DNA from: Amoebidium appalachense
Lineage: Eukaryota > Protista > Ichthyosporea
Assembly: GCA_963693365.1 (NCBI GenBank)
Contig: CAVNZM010000002.1
Coordinates: forward strand, 4,108,259 to 4,172,258
Direction: 5' to 3'
Length of the DNA stretch: 64,000 nucleotides
Position numbers and translations under genes: made by a program. Positions 62,055 to 64,000 of the stretch are shown here, piece after piece; the stretch's first letter is position 1, and every line of letters begins with the position of its first letter. Below the pieces are notes generated by a model that was not told where the DNA came from, ran no database searches, and saw only the letters and a list, made by a program, of their open reading frames with translations.

Positions 62055-62453
62055 TAGGCGGCACCACCAGTTTTACCACGCTTTTACTGTACACGTGCTA
62101 TACAGTGGAGATCTAATAAGTATAAGGTGGCATCATTTGCATGCCCAAACAACACACACACACACCAGTTTAACCGGTCATGTATCGCCAAATGTAGTTT
62201 GATAGACCACATAATACCGCAACACACACACATCACATTCACAACAGACACCCAGAAAGATAGCCTACCTGTAAATTACAACATCCTTGATTTTATACTA
62301 AACACGCGTAACTACGACCTGTTTATTAGATGTATTGATTGGCTTGAGAAACACATCACTACAAAATTATAGCGCACGCGCACACACACACACAAACACA
62401 CACACACACACACACACACAACCAGCTGATACCGAGTGTCCCGAGGGGAGCCC

Positions 62454-62457
<4 letters not shown>

Positions 62458-62535
<78 letters not shown>
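62458..62535 (+). repeat. Poly-A tract (~78 nt)
   Basis: Directly visible, flanked by ggggagcccc and ggggaacccc. Confidence 0.9.
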
Positions 62536-62536
<1 letters not shown>

Positions 62537-63847
62537 GGGGAACCCCAACTAATTGATTTCTCCTTGTAGTCTTTATGGTGTCTCGTAGAGAAAGTAAACC
62601 CTGATATATAGTCACCACCCGACATCTATGTACGTGATCATGATATACCGCTGAGGGGATATTCCGAGCAAACCCCCCCCCCCCCTACCTGAGACTGGTT
62701 CTCTTTGCCTCGAGTAAACAGCGTAAACCCCCCTTTTACTTGTGTCAACAAAACCTCAAAACCAAACCAGTTCGCCGAATCCGCCCACTGCATTGTTACG
62801 TCTTTCACCATCGCTCGTCTCAGAGTATATGAGTTTCTTGGATTCCACTTTGCTGGTTTGGTAATGTGGTCCTTGTATGTGCTCTTGAATGGGGCACAAA
62901 TGAGGATTCTAGCGGGTGGCTAACACAGCAATAAAAGTCTTGGGTAGATGGTGCCCCCATCTACCCATGGCCACAAACCTTAGCCGAGTTGACTTTTTGT
63001 TTGCTGCGTTTATACACTCTCCAAAACACTATGTATGGCCTCTGAAAGTTTGCCCACGTCTTTCAAAGCTCCTCCTAAGGCTGCTCATGTAAGCCCCGAG
63101 GCATGGTCTCTATTCTCTCCCTCGCAGGTCATCCTCGCCATACACCTAAGATCTCTTCCCCATGTCCCTTCCTCTCACCCCCCCCCCCCCCCCCCCCCCC
63201 CCCACTGCCCCCCCCCCCTTTTCAACCCCCCCCCCTCTCCCCTCCCCCCTCCCCCCAATCCTCCTTGCTCAATTCCTCCCACCATAACTAGAAACCCTAA
63301 CCCCATATCAAAATACCTTTCCCAGATGCCTCCAGCTTCTCCCCCCTCCCCTCCCGCCCCTTATATTCCTCCTCCGTTACCCAAAATCCTCTCTTTCAAC
63401 CCTGTCTCCTGCTGTTCCACCCCAGGCCCCATTCCATTCCCCTTGTTCCTTACCTTCCATCCTTTCCCTTTTTCCCTGTCAACACTATACACCGTCGGAC
63501 TCTGTTTCGGATATCCCTTAGGCATCTTTCCCAATCCCCCCCCCCCCTCCCCCCCCTCAAAACCCCCACCCCCCACCCCCACCCCCCTCTTGCAGTGCAA
63601 AGCTCCCCTCTTCCCCCCCCCCCCCCCCTCACCTCTCCCCACCGCACTGTGACACTTGTTGATTCAGAATTGGTACGCATGCCGCTTTGAACATTTATCT
63701 CCCCTTCCCTTCCTAGCCGCCTCCGGAACCGCATGCGTGCTTGTCTCTTATGGTGCTTATGCGCCCGTCTAGGTGTGACATTAATGGTATCGTCAGCCTC
63801 CCTTCATGTGTAACTTTCCCCTGTATTTCCAATGTGTGATTTTGTCC

Positions 63848-63894
<47 letters not shown>

Positions 63895-64000
63895 CCCACC
63901 CCCCCCACCCCCACCCCCCACCCCTCTGCCCCATCCCACACCCTCCCGTTCCCTCCTCCGTTTTGTCCTGTTTCAGACTCCCGTACATTAAACTTTATCT

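Noticed and set aside
62700-64000. Proline-rich 205-aa ORF at 63035
   Set aside because: Driven by C-runs and intron-like in composition; no supportable exon was found.

Overview
Eukaryotic, intron-rich DNA with many poly-C/poly-G and (CA)n/(GT)n tracts. The taxon cannot be determined from the sequence alone. The core is a tandem array of three ammonium transporter (Amt/Mep) genes on the + strand: copy 3 looks intact, copy 2 is a decayed pseudogene, and copy 1 is heavily invaded by retroelements. A complete tyrosine-recombinase (YR) retrotransposon with split direct repeats (Ngaro/PAT-like, 3709-14325) sits in the copy 1 promoter and carries a Ty1/copia element in its RNase H. A chromodomain Ty3/gypsy element (16807-31842) sits in the last exon of copy 1 and carries a non-autonomous LTR element and a 3'-truncated copia. 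The window also holds the first exon of a protein kinase, a class-3 lipase-like gene, an ABCG pseudogene and an intact calreticulin gene with a GC-AG intron and an ERSE-like motif. The most unusual signal is a host-style intron-like segment and splice acceptor directly before the ATG-less YR ORF, suggesting the recombinase is expressed by splicing. Three frameshifts can each be repaired by removing an AG dinucleotide. All coordinates and alignments were read by eye.
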